Virus record (IMG/VR): IMGVR_UViG_3300045074_000030
Location: 1 to 26,211 of that record
Origin: a virus
Taxonomy: Duplodnaviria; Caudoviricetes
Direction: 5' to 3' (one strand)
DNA length: 26,211 nt
The position numbers were made by a program, and so were the translations under genes. Each line of letters starts with the position of its first letter. Within the stretch, counting starts at the first letter, position 1. This document shows positions 8,439 through 16,292 of the stretch, piece by piece. The notes under the pieces were generated by a model. The model had not been told where the DNA came from and ran no database searches. It saw only the letters and a list, made by a program, of their open reading frames with translations.

Positions 8439-9047
8439 ATGACCACCTGGAACGATTTCAACGACGCCGAACAGCAGCACGACTTCGACCTCATCCCCAA
8501 GGGCACCGTCGCCCGCTTGCGCATGACCATCAAGCCGGGCGGCTACGACGACCCAAGCCAAGGCTGGACCGGAGGTTACGCCACCCAGAGCTTCGACACC
8601 GGCTCGGTCTATCTCGCCTGCGAGTTCGTCGTGCTGGAGGGCGAGTACGCGAAACGCAAACTGTGGAGCAACGTCGGCCTCTACAGCCCCAAGGGGCCGA
8701 CCTGGGGTCAGATGGGCCGCAGCTTCGTCCGCGCTGCGCTCAATTCGGCGCGCAACGTCCACCCGCAGGACATGAGCCCGCAGGCGGCGGCCGCCCGTCG
8801 CATCCAGGGTCTCCACGAGCTCGACGGCCTCGAATTCGTCGGCCGCATCGACGTCGAGAAGGACGCCAAGGGCGAGCTGCGCAATGTGGTCAAGCTCGCG
8901 GTCGAGCCGGGCACGCCCGAGTACGCGCAGGCGATGGGGCAAGCGAGCCGGTCGCCCCAGCCGGCAGCGGGCACGGCCGCACGTCCCGCGCCTGCGGCCC
9001 AGCACCGCGCCGCGCCCGTCACCGGCAAGCCCGCCTGGGCGCAGTAA
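8439..9047 (+). CDS. Putative phage single-stranded DNA-binding protein (DUF669-like), 202 aa
   Basis: FDLIPKG, YLACEFVVLEGEYAKRKLW, Pro/Ala-rich tail ending KPAWAQ; follows the Sak4-like gene; AGGAG RBS. Confidence 0.65.
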   Translation: MTTWNDFNDAEQQHDFDLIPKGTVARLRMTIKPGGYDDPSQGWTGGYATQSFDTGSVYLACEFVVLEGEYAKRKLWSNVGLYSPKGPTWGQMGRSFVRAALNSARNVHPQDMSPQAAAARRIQGLHELDGLEFVGRIDVEKDAKGELRNVVKLAVEPGTPEYAQAMGQASRSPQPAAGTAARPAPAAQHRAAPVTGKPAWAQ

Positions 9048-9064
9048 GGGAGGAGACGACGTGG

Positions 9065-9502
9065 ATGAAGTGCTGGATCTGCAAGCGACAGGCGCGCGGG
9101 TACGGCTTCACGGACGGCCGCTACAAGGCGGCCGATCCGCGACGCTATCCGATGGACTGGGTGTTTTGCTCGCGCCGTTGCCAGGACGCGTTCGCCGCGA
9201 TGTACGGCAACTGGCGGGACGGCCGCAAGGGAGGGTTGGCGATGAGCGTGTCTGACATTGAACAGGGCGCGCGGCGCGCCTGCCTCAAGGCCTTCGGCGC
9301 GGCGGCCGGCCACATCGGTTTCGACAAGCCCTTGGGCGCCTACTCGGAAGCCGAGGCGCTCGCCGTGATCGACGCCATCGTCACCCGCTACAGCGAGGCG
9401 ATGGTCGAGCACCACGAGGCGAGCAAGTACCCGCCGGTGCGCGGCCTCGAGAACCCGGTGAGCGATCCGCTCGCCGATTTTGACGACGACATTCCATTTT
9501 AG
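9065..9502 (+). CDS. Zn-finger phage protein (DUF6511-like) ending in the SSB-type tail DFDDDIPF, 145 aa
   Basis: CWIC...FCSRRCQ cysteine motif; GGAGGAG RBS; acidic terminus. Confidence 0.7.
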   Translation: MKCWICKRQARGYGFTDGRYKAADPRRYPMDWVFCSRRCQDAFAAMYGNWRDGRKGGLAMSVSDIEQGARRACLKAFGAAAGHIGFDKPLGAYSEAEALAVIDAIVTRYSEAMVEHHEASKYPPVRGLENPVSDPLADFDDDIPF

Positions 9503-9513
9503 CGAGGGATGCG

Positions 9514-10251
9514 ATGCTGGATTTCAATTCAAGTTCGTCCCTCTCCGGGCGGCTTACCGCGCTGGTCGATCTGGGCATGCAGCGGACACGCGCCACGCAA
9601 CCCAGACGCGCCTACCTGGGCGCCTCGCGTCTCGGCGCCAGTTGCGAGCGCGCGCTGCAATACGAGTACGCCGACGCGCCGGTCGACACGGGTCGCGAGA
9701 TCGGCGGTCGGATGCTGCGCATCTTCGAACGCGGCCACGTCATCGAGGACTGCATGGCGGGCTGGTTGCTGGAGGCGGGTTTCGAACTGCGCACACGCCG
9801 GGACGACGGCGAGCAGTTCGGCTTCGCGGCGGCGGACGGCCGCCTGCAGGGCCACATCGACGGCGTCATCGTCGGTGGCCCGGAGGGCTTCGCCTATCCC
9901 GCGCTGTGGGAGTGCAAAGCCTTGAGCCACAAGTCCTGGAACGACCTGGAGAAAAAGGGCTTGGCCACGTCCAAGCCCATCTATGCCGCGCAAGTGGCGC
10001 TCTACCAAGCCTATCTCGAATTGCACGAGCACCCGGCGCTGTTCACTGCAGTGAACGCCGACACGATGGAGATCTACGCCGAACTCGTGCCCTTTGACGC
10101 AGCGCTCGCTCAGCGCATGTCGGATCGGGCGGTGAAGGTCATCACGGCGACCGAAGCCGGCGAGCTGCTGCCGCGCGCCTTCCATGACCCGACCCACTTC
10201 GAATGCCGGATGTGCGCGTGGCAAGACCGCTGCTGGAGGGTAACACCATGA
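9514..10251 (+). CDS. Cas4/RecB-like PD-(D/E)XK exonuclease with Fe-S cysteines, 245 aa
   Basis: YLGASRLGASC, GHIDG, LWECK, QVALY, CRMCAWQDRC (1+3 Cys arrangement). Confidence 0.85.
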   Translation: MLDFNSSSSLSGRLTALVDLGMQRTRATQPRRAYLGASRLGASCERALQYEYADAPVDTGREIGGRMLRIFERGHVIEDCMAGWLLEAGFELRTRRDDGEQFGFAAADGRLQGHIDGVIVGGPEGFAYPALWECKALSHKSWNDLEKKGLATSKPIYAAQVALYQAYLELHEHPALFTAVNADTMEIYAELVPFDAALAQRMSDRAVKVITATEAGELLPRAFHDPTHFECRMCAWQDRCWRVTP

Positions 10252-10460
10252 AGCATTTCCACCCGCAGCCTCCGGCGGCGGAACCGATGGTGGACGCCCG
10301 CCAGGCCGCCAGTCTGCTGAATCTGCCTGCGTACTACTTCACCAAGCCTCGGTGCCGCGCCTCGAAGCGCATCCCGCACTACCGGGTCGGCCGGATGGTT
10401 CGTTTCCGCATGTCGGAGCTCATCGCATGGGCAGCCACGCTGGGAGGCGCTCATGAGTGA
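10248..10460 (+). CDS. Small excisionase-like HTH protein, 70 aa
   Basis: VDARQAASLL...IPHYRVGRMVRFRMSELIAW; ATGA overlap; GGAGG RBS. Confidence 0.75.
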   Translation: MKHFHPQPPAAEPMVDARQAASLLNLPAYYFTKPRCRASKRIPHYRVGRMVRFRMSELIAWAATLGGAHE

Positions 10461-11052
10461 CTACCGTGTCCGTATCTCGGTGCGCAATGCCCGGTTGCTG
10501 CGCGCCATCGAACAGGCGGGCCACCGGCCGGGGGCTCAGTTCGCCAATGCAGTTGGCATCAGCTACAGCGGGGCGCTGCTGCCCTACCTCAATCTCACGC
10601 GCTCACCGCTGACGCCGGATGGCCTGCTGCGGGAATGCGCCTGGGCCTTGTGCGACTTCCTGCAAGCATCCCCTTCCGATCTGTGGTCGGACGCCCAGCT
10701 CCAGCCGCTGCAGCAGAACTATTCCAGCGTCGATCTGGACGCGGACAGCGTGCAATCGCTGGTCAGCGGCACATATACCGTAGACGACCCGCTGCGGCTG
10801 GCCAGCCACGCGCAGGCAGGCCGCATTCTTCAGAGCGCCATCGACTCGCTGACACCGCGTGAGGCCCGCGTGATCCGCGAACGGTTCTTTGCCGATGCCT
10901 CGCTTGACGAGGTTGCCGAAAAGATGGCGGTCACACGCGAGCGTGTCCGCCAGATCGAGGTCAAGGCCATGCGCAAGCTGCGCCACGAATCGCGCATCCC
11001 GCGTGATCTGGCCGGCATCGCTGACGTGATCGGAGGAGCTGCGGATGCTTGA
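10453..11052 (+). CDS. Protein with N-terminal HTH-like region and C-terminal sigma-70 region 4, 199 aa
   Basis: LTPREARVIRERF...SLDEVAEKMAVTRERVRQIEVKAMRKLRH closely follows RpoD region 4.2. Confidence 0.85.
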   Translation: MSDYRVRISVRNARLLRAIEQAGHRPGAQFANAVGISYSGALLPYLNLTRSPLTPDGLLRECAWALCDFLQASPSDLWSDAQLQPLQQNYSSVDLDADSVQSLVSGTYTVDDPLRLASHAQAGRILQSAIDSLTPREARVIRERFFADASLDEVAEKMAVTRERVRQIEVKAMRKLRHESRIPRDLAGIADVIGGAADA

Positions 11053-13327
11053 CTTCAACGACGCGCAAACGCCCCCTCCTCGAGACCTCGGCGCCGAACG
11101 CGAAGCGATCCGCGCCGAGCTGCTGGTGCGCCTGGAATCTGTGCTGTTCACGCTGTTTCCGGCCGGCAAGAAGCGCCGAGGGCGTTTCCTGATCGGCGAC
11201 ATCCTCGGCAGTCCCGGCGACAGCCTCGAAGTCGTGCTCGATGGCGACAAGGCCGGTCTGTGGACAGATCGCGCCACTGGCGATGGCGGCGACATCTATG
11301 CACTGATCGCCGCGCACCTCGGTATCGACGTACTGAGCGACTTTCCTCGGGTGCTCGATGCGGCCGCCGATCTGCTCGGACGCTCGCGCTCTGTACCGCT
11401 GCGCAAGTCCCGCAATAAGGAAGTGCCCGTCGATGAGCTGGGGCCGGCCACGGCGAAGTGGGACTACCTCGATGCCGAGGGCCATCTAATCGCCGTCGTC
11501 TACCGCTACGACCCGCCTGGGCAGAAGAAACAGTTTCGGCCCTGGGATGCGAAGCGACGCAAGATGGCCCCGCCCGAGCCGCGCCCGCTATACAACCAGC
11601 CGGGGCTGAAGGACGCCGCGCAGGTGGTGCTGGTCGAGGGCGAAAAGTGCGCGCAGGCGCTGATCGACGCTGGCATCAATGCCACCACTGCGATGCACGG
11701 GGCGAACGCGCCGATCGACAAGACCGACTGGTCGCCGATGGCGGGCAAGGCCGTGCTGATCTGGCCAGACCGTGACAAACCGGGCTGGGAGTACGCCACG
11801 CAGGCGGCACAGGCGGTGCTGTCGGCTGGCGCCAAGTCTTGCCACATCTTGTACCCGCCCGAAGAAGCCGCCGAGGGCTGGGACGCGTTTGATGCCATCG
11901 CCGAGGGCTTCGACGTCGCCACCTTCCTCACTCACGGCCCGCGCCTGCAAATGCACGACGTCGCCGATGACGTTGATCCAGTCGTCAGCAGCGACGAATC
12001 CGTCTGGGGTACGGAGGACGCGCTGGCGCTGTCCTTCACGCGCCGCTACCACCGCGACTGGCGCTACGTGGCAGCTTGGGGGCGCTGGCTGGTGTGGGAC
12101 GGGCAACGCTGGCGCGCCGAGGACACGCTGGCGGCGACCGACCTGATCCGCAGCGTCTGCCGCCAGGCGGCCGTGCGCGCCGACAACCCCAAGGTCGCCG
12201 CCAAATTGGCCAGCTCCGGCACGGTCGGCGGCGTCGAGCGGCTGGCGCGCGCAGACCGCCGGCACGCGGCGACCACCGACGAGTGGGACGCCGATCCCTG
12301 GCTGCTCAACACGCCGGGCGGCGTGGTCGATCTCAGGACAGGCCGGATACGCCCGCACGAGCGCGCCGACCGGATGACCAAGATCACCACGGCCACGCCG
12401 GCGGGCGAATGTCCGCGATGGACGTCCTTCCTGTCCGACATCACCGGTGGCGACGCCGAGTTGCAGTCCTACCTGCAACGAATGGTCGGCTACTGCCTGA
12501 CCGGCGTGACCAGTGCGCACGCGCTGTTCTTCCTGTACGGCACCGGCGCCAACGGCAAGAGCGTGTTCGCCAACGTGGTCGCTACCCTCCTCGGCGACTA
12601 CGCCTCCACCGCGCCGATGGACACCTTCGTCGAGACGCGCGGCGACCGCCATCCGACCGATCTCGCCGGACTGCGCGGCGCCCGCTTCGTGACGGCCATC
12701 GAAACCGAACAGGGACGGCGTTGGAACGAGTCCAAGGTCAAGGCGATCACCGGCGGCGACAAGATCTCCGCGCGCTTCATGCGCCAGGACTTCTTCGAGT
12801 ACGTGCCGCAGTTCAAGCCGGTGATCGTCGGCAACCACAAGCCCGCCATCCGCAACATCGACGAAGCGATGAAGCGGCGCATGCACCTCGTCCCGTTCAC
12901 GGTGACCATCCCGCCCGAGAAGCGCGACGGCCGACTGACCGAGAAGCTGCTCGCCGAACGCGACGGCATCCTTGCCTGGGCCGTCGCCGGTTGTCTCGAA
13001 TGGAGGCGCGAGGGCTTGAAGCCGCCCGCCTGTGTCGTATCGGCGACGGAGGAGTACTTCGAAGCCGAGGACGCGCTCGGGCAGTGGATCGATGAGCGCT
13101 GTCTGCTCGCCAACAGCCACCGCGAAGGCGTGTCCGAACTGTTCGCCGACTGGCGCGAATGGGCCGAACGGGCCGGCGAATACGTGGGCTCGGTCAAGCG
13201 CTTCTCCGAGCTGATGGCGGCGCGCAAGTTCGAGAAATGCCGGCTGACCGGGGGCGCCCGCGGCATCGCGGGGATCGCCCTGCGCCCCAAGCCGTACAGC
13301 CACGCCTACCCCTATCGGGACGACTGA
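11045..13327 (+). CDS. P4-family phage primase-helicase (Toprim + D5_N + SF3 helicase), 760 aa
   Basis: Toprim VLVEGEKCA and IWPDRDKPG; LLNTPGGVVDL; Walker A GTGANGKS; ITGGDKISARFMRQDFFEY; GNHKP. Confidence 0.93.
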   Translation: MLDFNDAQTPPPRDLGAEREAIRAELLVRLESVLFTLFPAGKKRRGRFLIGDILGSPGDSLEVVLDGDKAGLWTDRATGDGGDIYALIAAHLGIDVLSDFPRVLDAAADLLGRSRSVPLRKSRNKEVPVDELGPATAKWDYLDAEGHLIAVVYRYDPPGQKKQFRPWDAKRRKMAPPEPRPLYNQPGLKDAAQVVLVEGEKCAQALIDAGINATTAMHGANAPIDKTDWSPMAGKAVLIWPDRDKPGWEYATQAAQAVLSAGAKSCHILYPPEEAAEGWDAFDAIAEGFDVATFLTHGPRLQMHDVADDVDPVVSSDESVWGTEDALALSFTRRYHRDWRYVAAWGRWLVWDGQRWRAEDTLAATDLIRSVCRQAAVRADNPKVAAKLASSGTVGGVERLARADRRHAATTDEWDADPWLLNTPGGVVDLRTGRIRPHERADRMTKITTATPAGECPRWTSFLSDITGGDAELQSYLQRMVGYCLTGVTSAHALFFLYGTGANGKSVFANVVATLLGDYASTAPMDTFVETRGDRHPTDLAGLRGARFVTAIETEQGRRWNESKVKAITGGDKISARFMRQDFFEYVPQFKPVIVGNHKPAIRNIDEAMKRRMHLVPFTVTIPPEKRDGRLTEKLLAERDGILAWAVAGCLEWRREGLKPPACVVSATEEYFEAEDALGQWIDERCLLANSHREGVSELFADWREWAERAGEYVGSVKRFSELMAARKFEKCRLTGGARGIAGIALRPKPYSHAYPYRDD

Positions 13328-13350
13328 GCCAACCCAATGAACACAGGGGC

Positions 13351-13448
13351 GAGTGACGGATTTGACAGGTCTGCTGGTTTACCTCTCACGCGTGCGCGCA
13401 CGCGCACGTCATGGAGAGTTTCCGGCAAACCCGTCAAATCCGTCACTC
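13351..13448. repeat. Long inverted repeat with alternating purine-pyrimidine core; candidate replication origin
   Basis: GAGTGACGGATTTGAC (13351-13366) and its perfect reverse complement (13433-13448), extending imperfectly inward; core CACGCGTGCGCGCACGCGCACGT (13387-13409). Confidence 0.7.
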
Positions 13449-13473
13449 ACCCACCGGAAATGGAGCAATGACG

Positions 13474-13938
13474 ATGACCATGACCATCCTTGCCCTCGAT
13501 CTGGGCACCACCACCGGCTGGGCGCTGCGCGACAACGACGGCCATATCACGAGCGGCACCGAGCATTTCAAGCCGCAGCGCTTCGAAGGCGGCGGAATGC
13601 GCTTCCTGCGCTTCAAACGCTGGCTCAGCGAGATCAAGCAGTCCTGCGACGGCATCGACTGCCTGCACTTCGAGGAAGTGCGCCGCCACGCATCAACCGA
13701 AGCCGCACACGCCTACGGCGGCTTTCTGGCCACGCTCACCGCGTGGTGCGAGCACCACGGCATCCCCTACCAGGGCGTGCCGGTCGGCACGATCAAGAAG
13801 CACGTCACCGGCAAGGGTAATGCAGGCAAGGGCGAGGTGATCGCGGCGATCCGCGCGCGCGGCCATGCCCCGGCCGACGACAACGAAGCCGACGCACTGG
13901 CGCTGCTGGCCTGGGCCATCGACACGCAGGAGGTGTGA
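13474..13938 (+). CDS. RuvC-like Holliday junction resolvase, ~154 aa
   Basis: ILALDLGTTTGWA, FEEV, IKKHVTGKGNAGK, DDNEADALA; start could be 13468, 13474 or 13480. Confidence 0.88.
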   Translation: MTMTILALDLGTTTGWALRDNDGHITSGTEHFKPQRFEGGGMRFLRFKRWLSEIKQSCDGIDCLHFEEVRRHASTEAAHAYGGFLATLTAWCEHHGIPYQGVPVGTIKKHVTGKGNAGKGEVIAAIRARGHAPADDNEADALALLAWAIDTQEV

Positions 13939-13939
13939 C

Positions 13940-14155
13940 ATGGACATCCCGAGCAACCGTTACCGCTGCCCGCTGGGCAGACTGCAACCGCAGCACACCG
14001 ATCTGGAGGCGCTCAAGGAACGCGGCTGGCGCGAGCAGGGCCTGCTGGTCGTGGCGCAGGACGACGAACGACTGGACTGGATGGAGCGGCAACTGCTGAA
14101 GAACATCGGCGAGCGGTTGTACGGCACGCCCCGTCAGGGAGGTCGTCATGGCTGA
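13940..14155 (+). CDS. Phage hypothetical protein, 71 aa
   Basis: AGGAGG RBS; stop overlaps the next gene. Confidence 0.7.
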   Translation: MDIPSNRYRCPLGRLQPQHTDLEALKERGWREQGLLVVAQDDERLDWMERQLLKNIGERLYGTPRQGGRHG

Positions 14156-14537
14156 GTGGACCATCGACGACGTCGCCAAACGCTTCGAGGAGGCGGCCAA
14201 CACGGGCCGCCGCCTGCCGCCCGTTCGCGTCCAGGGCTACTTCAACACCTGGCCGGCCTTCGCGCGCAGGGAGTGGGAGGCGTTCGCCGCCGACGAGAAG
14301 GTGTACCGTCCGTTTCCGCCCAGCCCCGAGGCCATCGAGCGCATGCTGGAGACGATGCGCTGGGTGCAATGGCTCGAAGTCGAGCAGCGCCACCTGGTGT
14401 GGATGCGGGCCAAGCACTACGGCTGGCGGGAGATCTGCATTCGCTTCGCCTGCGACCGGACCACGGCGTGGCGGCGCTGGCAGCGCGCCTTGCAGACCGT
14501 AACCGACCACCTGAACGGATGCGTGGTCGCAGTGTAG
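14148..14537 (+). CDS. DUF6362-like HTH protein, probable late-gene regulator, 129 aa
   Basis: RRLPPVRVQGYFNTWP; C-terminal HTH WREICIRFACDRTTAWRRW; occupies the position of lambda Q, just before the late region. Confidence 0.7.
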   Translation: MAEWTIDDVAKRFEEAANTGRRLPPVRVQGYFNTWPAFARREWEAFAADEKVYRPFPPSPEAIERMLETMRWVQWLEVEQRHLVWMRAKHYGWREICIRFACDRTTAWRRWQRALQTVTDHLNGCVVAV

Positions 14538-14544
14538 TCTTTGA

Positions 14545-14640
14545 ACGCGAATAGGCGCGAACAAGCTGCCATGTGCTGCCATCAGCTACCAAGAGCGGTT
14601 TTTGCCCCTGCAACAAAGCGGCCCGTTCTGGGGTAGTATT
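14545..14640 (+). promoter_or_regulatory. Putative late promoter with 10-bp phased repeats
   Basis: CGCGAA x2 then GCT(G/A)CCA x3 at 10-bp spacing; -10-like TAGTAT at 14634-14639 with no consensus -35. Confidence 0.35.
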
Positions 14641-14693
14641 TCAGCTATCTTCTGGACAGCGGTGTAGGCAGCGAGGACGGCACGAGGCAAAAG

Positions 14694-14806
14694 GGGTCCT
14701 TCCTGGCCGAAATCCAATGCGGGGGGCGCGAGCGCGGCGCTTGTTTAGCGTCAGGGCGCAAAAACAGGTTACCACCCGGCCAGGTTACCGGCCCCGGTTA
14801 CCACCC
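14694..14806 (+). other. Lambda-like cos packaging region (cosQ-like, cosN-like, three cosB-like repeats)
   Basis: GGGTCCT (14694-14700) is identical to lambda cosQ; G-rich ATGCGGGGGGCGCGAGCGCGG lies ~20 bp downstream; GGTTACC at 14767, 14783 and 14796; the terminase is of the gpA type. Confidence 0.6.
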
Positions 14807-14827
14807 CGCCAGAATCCTCATTCACCC

Positions 14828-14865
14828 AACCCGCCCGGCGGCAGCGCTCGGCGGGTTTTGCTTTT
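14828..14865 (+). terminator. Rho-independent terminator-like hairpin
   Basis: AACCCGCC...GGCGGGTT stem followed by TTGCTTTT. Confidence 0.55.
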
Positions 14866-14876
14866 GGACTTGCCCT

Positions 14877-16292
14877 TTGAACACGCTCAACGTCGAGTAC
14901 CGCAGGGTCGAGGCGCTGGTTCCCTACGCCCGCAATCCGCGCACGCATTCCGAGGCGCAGATCGCCAAGATCGCGGCCAGTATCGTCGAGTACGGCTGGA
15001 CGAACCCCATCCTGGTCGATGGGAACAACGGGATCATCGCCGGTCACGGGCGTCTGGCTGCGGCGCGCAAGCTTGGGCTGGACGAGGTGCCGGTGATCGA
15101 ACTGGCCCACCTCACCCCGGCCCAGAAGCGCGCCTACGTGATCGCCGACAACCGCCTGGCGCTCAATGCCGGTTGGGACGAGGAGATGCTGGCGCTGGAA
15201 CTGGCGGAACTGTCCGAGGCCGGCTACGACCTGGCCTTGACCGGGTTCGAGGATGCCGAGATCGAGGCGCTGCTCACGGGTGAGGTGACCGACGCCGGTA
15301 CCGACCCGGAATCCGATGTAGAAGAACAGGATGCAGCGGACGACGTGCCCGACGCCCCCGCCGTGGCGGTGTCCCGTCCCGGCGATGTCTGGGCCATCGG
15401 CGTGCACCGCCTGATCTGCGGCGACGCCGCCGACCCGGCCGTGGTTGCGGCACTGATGGACGGCGATGCCGCTCGTCTGTGCTTCACCTCGCCGCCCTAC
15501 GGGAACCAGCGCGACTACACCTCGGGTGGCATCGCCGATTGGGACGGATTGATGCGCGGCGTGTTCGCGCACCTGCCGATGACCGGCGATGGCCAGGTGT
15601 TGGTCAACCTGGGGCTGATCCACAGAAACAACGAGGTCATCCCGTATTGGGACGGTTGGCTGTCCTGGATGCGCCAACAGGGATGGCGGCGCTTTGCGTG
15701 GTACGTCTGGGATCAGGGGCCGGGCATGCCCGGCGACTGGGCGGGTCGATTCGCGCCGAGCTTTGAGTTCGTTTTCCACTTCAACCGCGAGAGCCGCAAG
15801 CCCAACAAGATCGTGCCCTGCAAGCACGCAGGCCAGGAATCGCACCTTCGCGCCGATGGATCAAGCACGGCAATGCGGGGCAAGGACGGCGAAGTCGGCG
15901 GCTGGACGCATGCCGGTCAACCGACGCAGGACAGCCGCATCCCCGACAGCGTGATCCGCGTGATGCGCCACAAGGGCAAGATCGGCCAGGGGATCGACCA
16001 CCCGGCTGTGTTCCCGGTCGCGCTGCCCCAATTCGTGATCGAGGCCTATACCGACGCGGGCGACCTCGTGTTCGAGCCCTTCGGCGGCAGCGGCAGCACG
16101 ATGCTCGCCGCCGAGCGCACGGGCCGCCGCTGCCGCAGCGTGGAGATCGCGCCGGAGTACGTGGACGTCGCCATCCGGCGCTTCCAGCAGAACCACCCCG
16201 GGGTGCCGGTGCGCTTGATGGCCACCGGTCAGTCCTTCGAGCAGGTGGTGGCGGATCGTGCCACGACCCAGCCAGCCGAGGGGGTGGCATGA
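14877..16292 (+). CDS. ParB-N domain fused to beta-class DNA methyltransferase (SPPY, probably m4C), 471 aa
   Basis: LVPYARNPRTH, IIAGHGRL, IADNRL; FTSPPY; HPAVFP; FEPFGGSGST; TTG start. Confidence 0.9.
   Translation: MNTLNVEYRRVEALVPYARNPRTHSEAQIAKIAASIVEYGWTNPILVDGNNGIIAGHGRLAAARKLGLDEVPVIELAHLTPAQKRAYVIADNRLALNAGWDEEMLALELAELSEAGYDLALTGFEDAEIEALLTGEVTDAGTDPESDVEEQDAADDVPDAPAVAVSRPGDVWAIGVHRLICGDAADPAVVAALMDGDAARLCFTSPPYGNQRDYTSGGIADWDGLMRGVFAHLPMTGDGQVLVNLGLIHRNNEVIPYWDGWLSWMRQQGWRRFAWYVWDQGPGMPGDWAGRFAPSFEFVFHFNRESRKPNKIVPCKHAGQESHLRADGSSTAMRGKDGEVGGWTHAGQPTQDSRIPDSVIRVMRHKGKIGQGIDHPAVFPVALPQFVIEAYTDAGDLVFEPFGGSGSTMLAAERTGRRCRSVEIAPEYVDVAIRRFQQNHPGVPVRLMATGQSFEQVVADRATTQPAEGVA

Noticed and set aside
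9514-10251. CRISPR-associated cas4
   Set aside because: No cas1/cas2 or array; the context is a phage recombination module.
11588-13303. 571-aa minus-strand and 339-aa alternate-frame ORFs over the primase
   Set aside because: Shadow ORFs typical of GC-rich codon bias; low-complexity Arg/Gly/Ala-rich translations.
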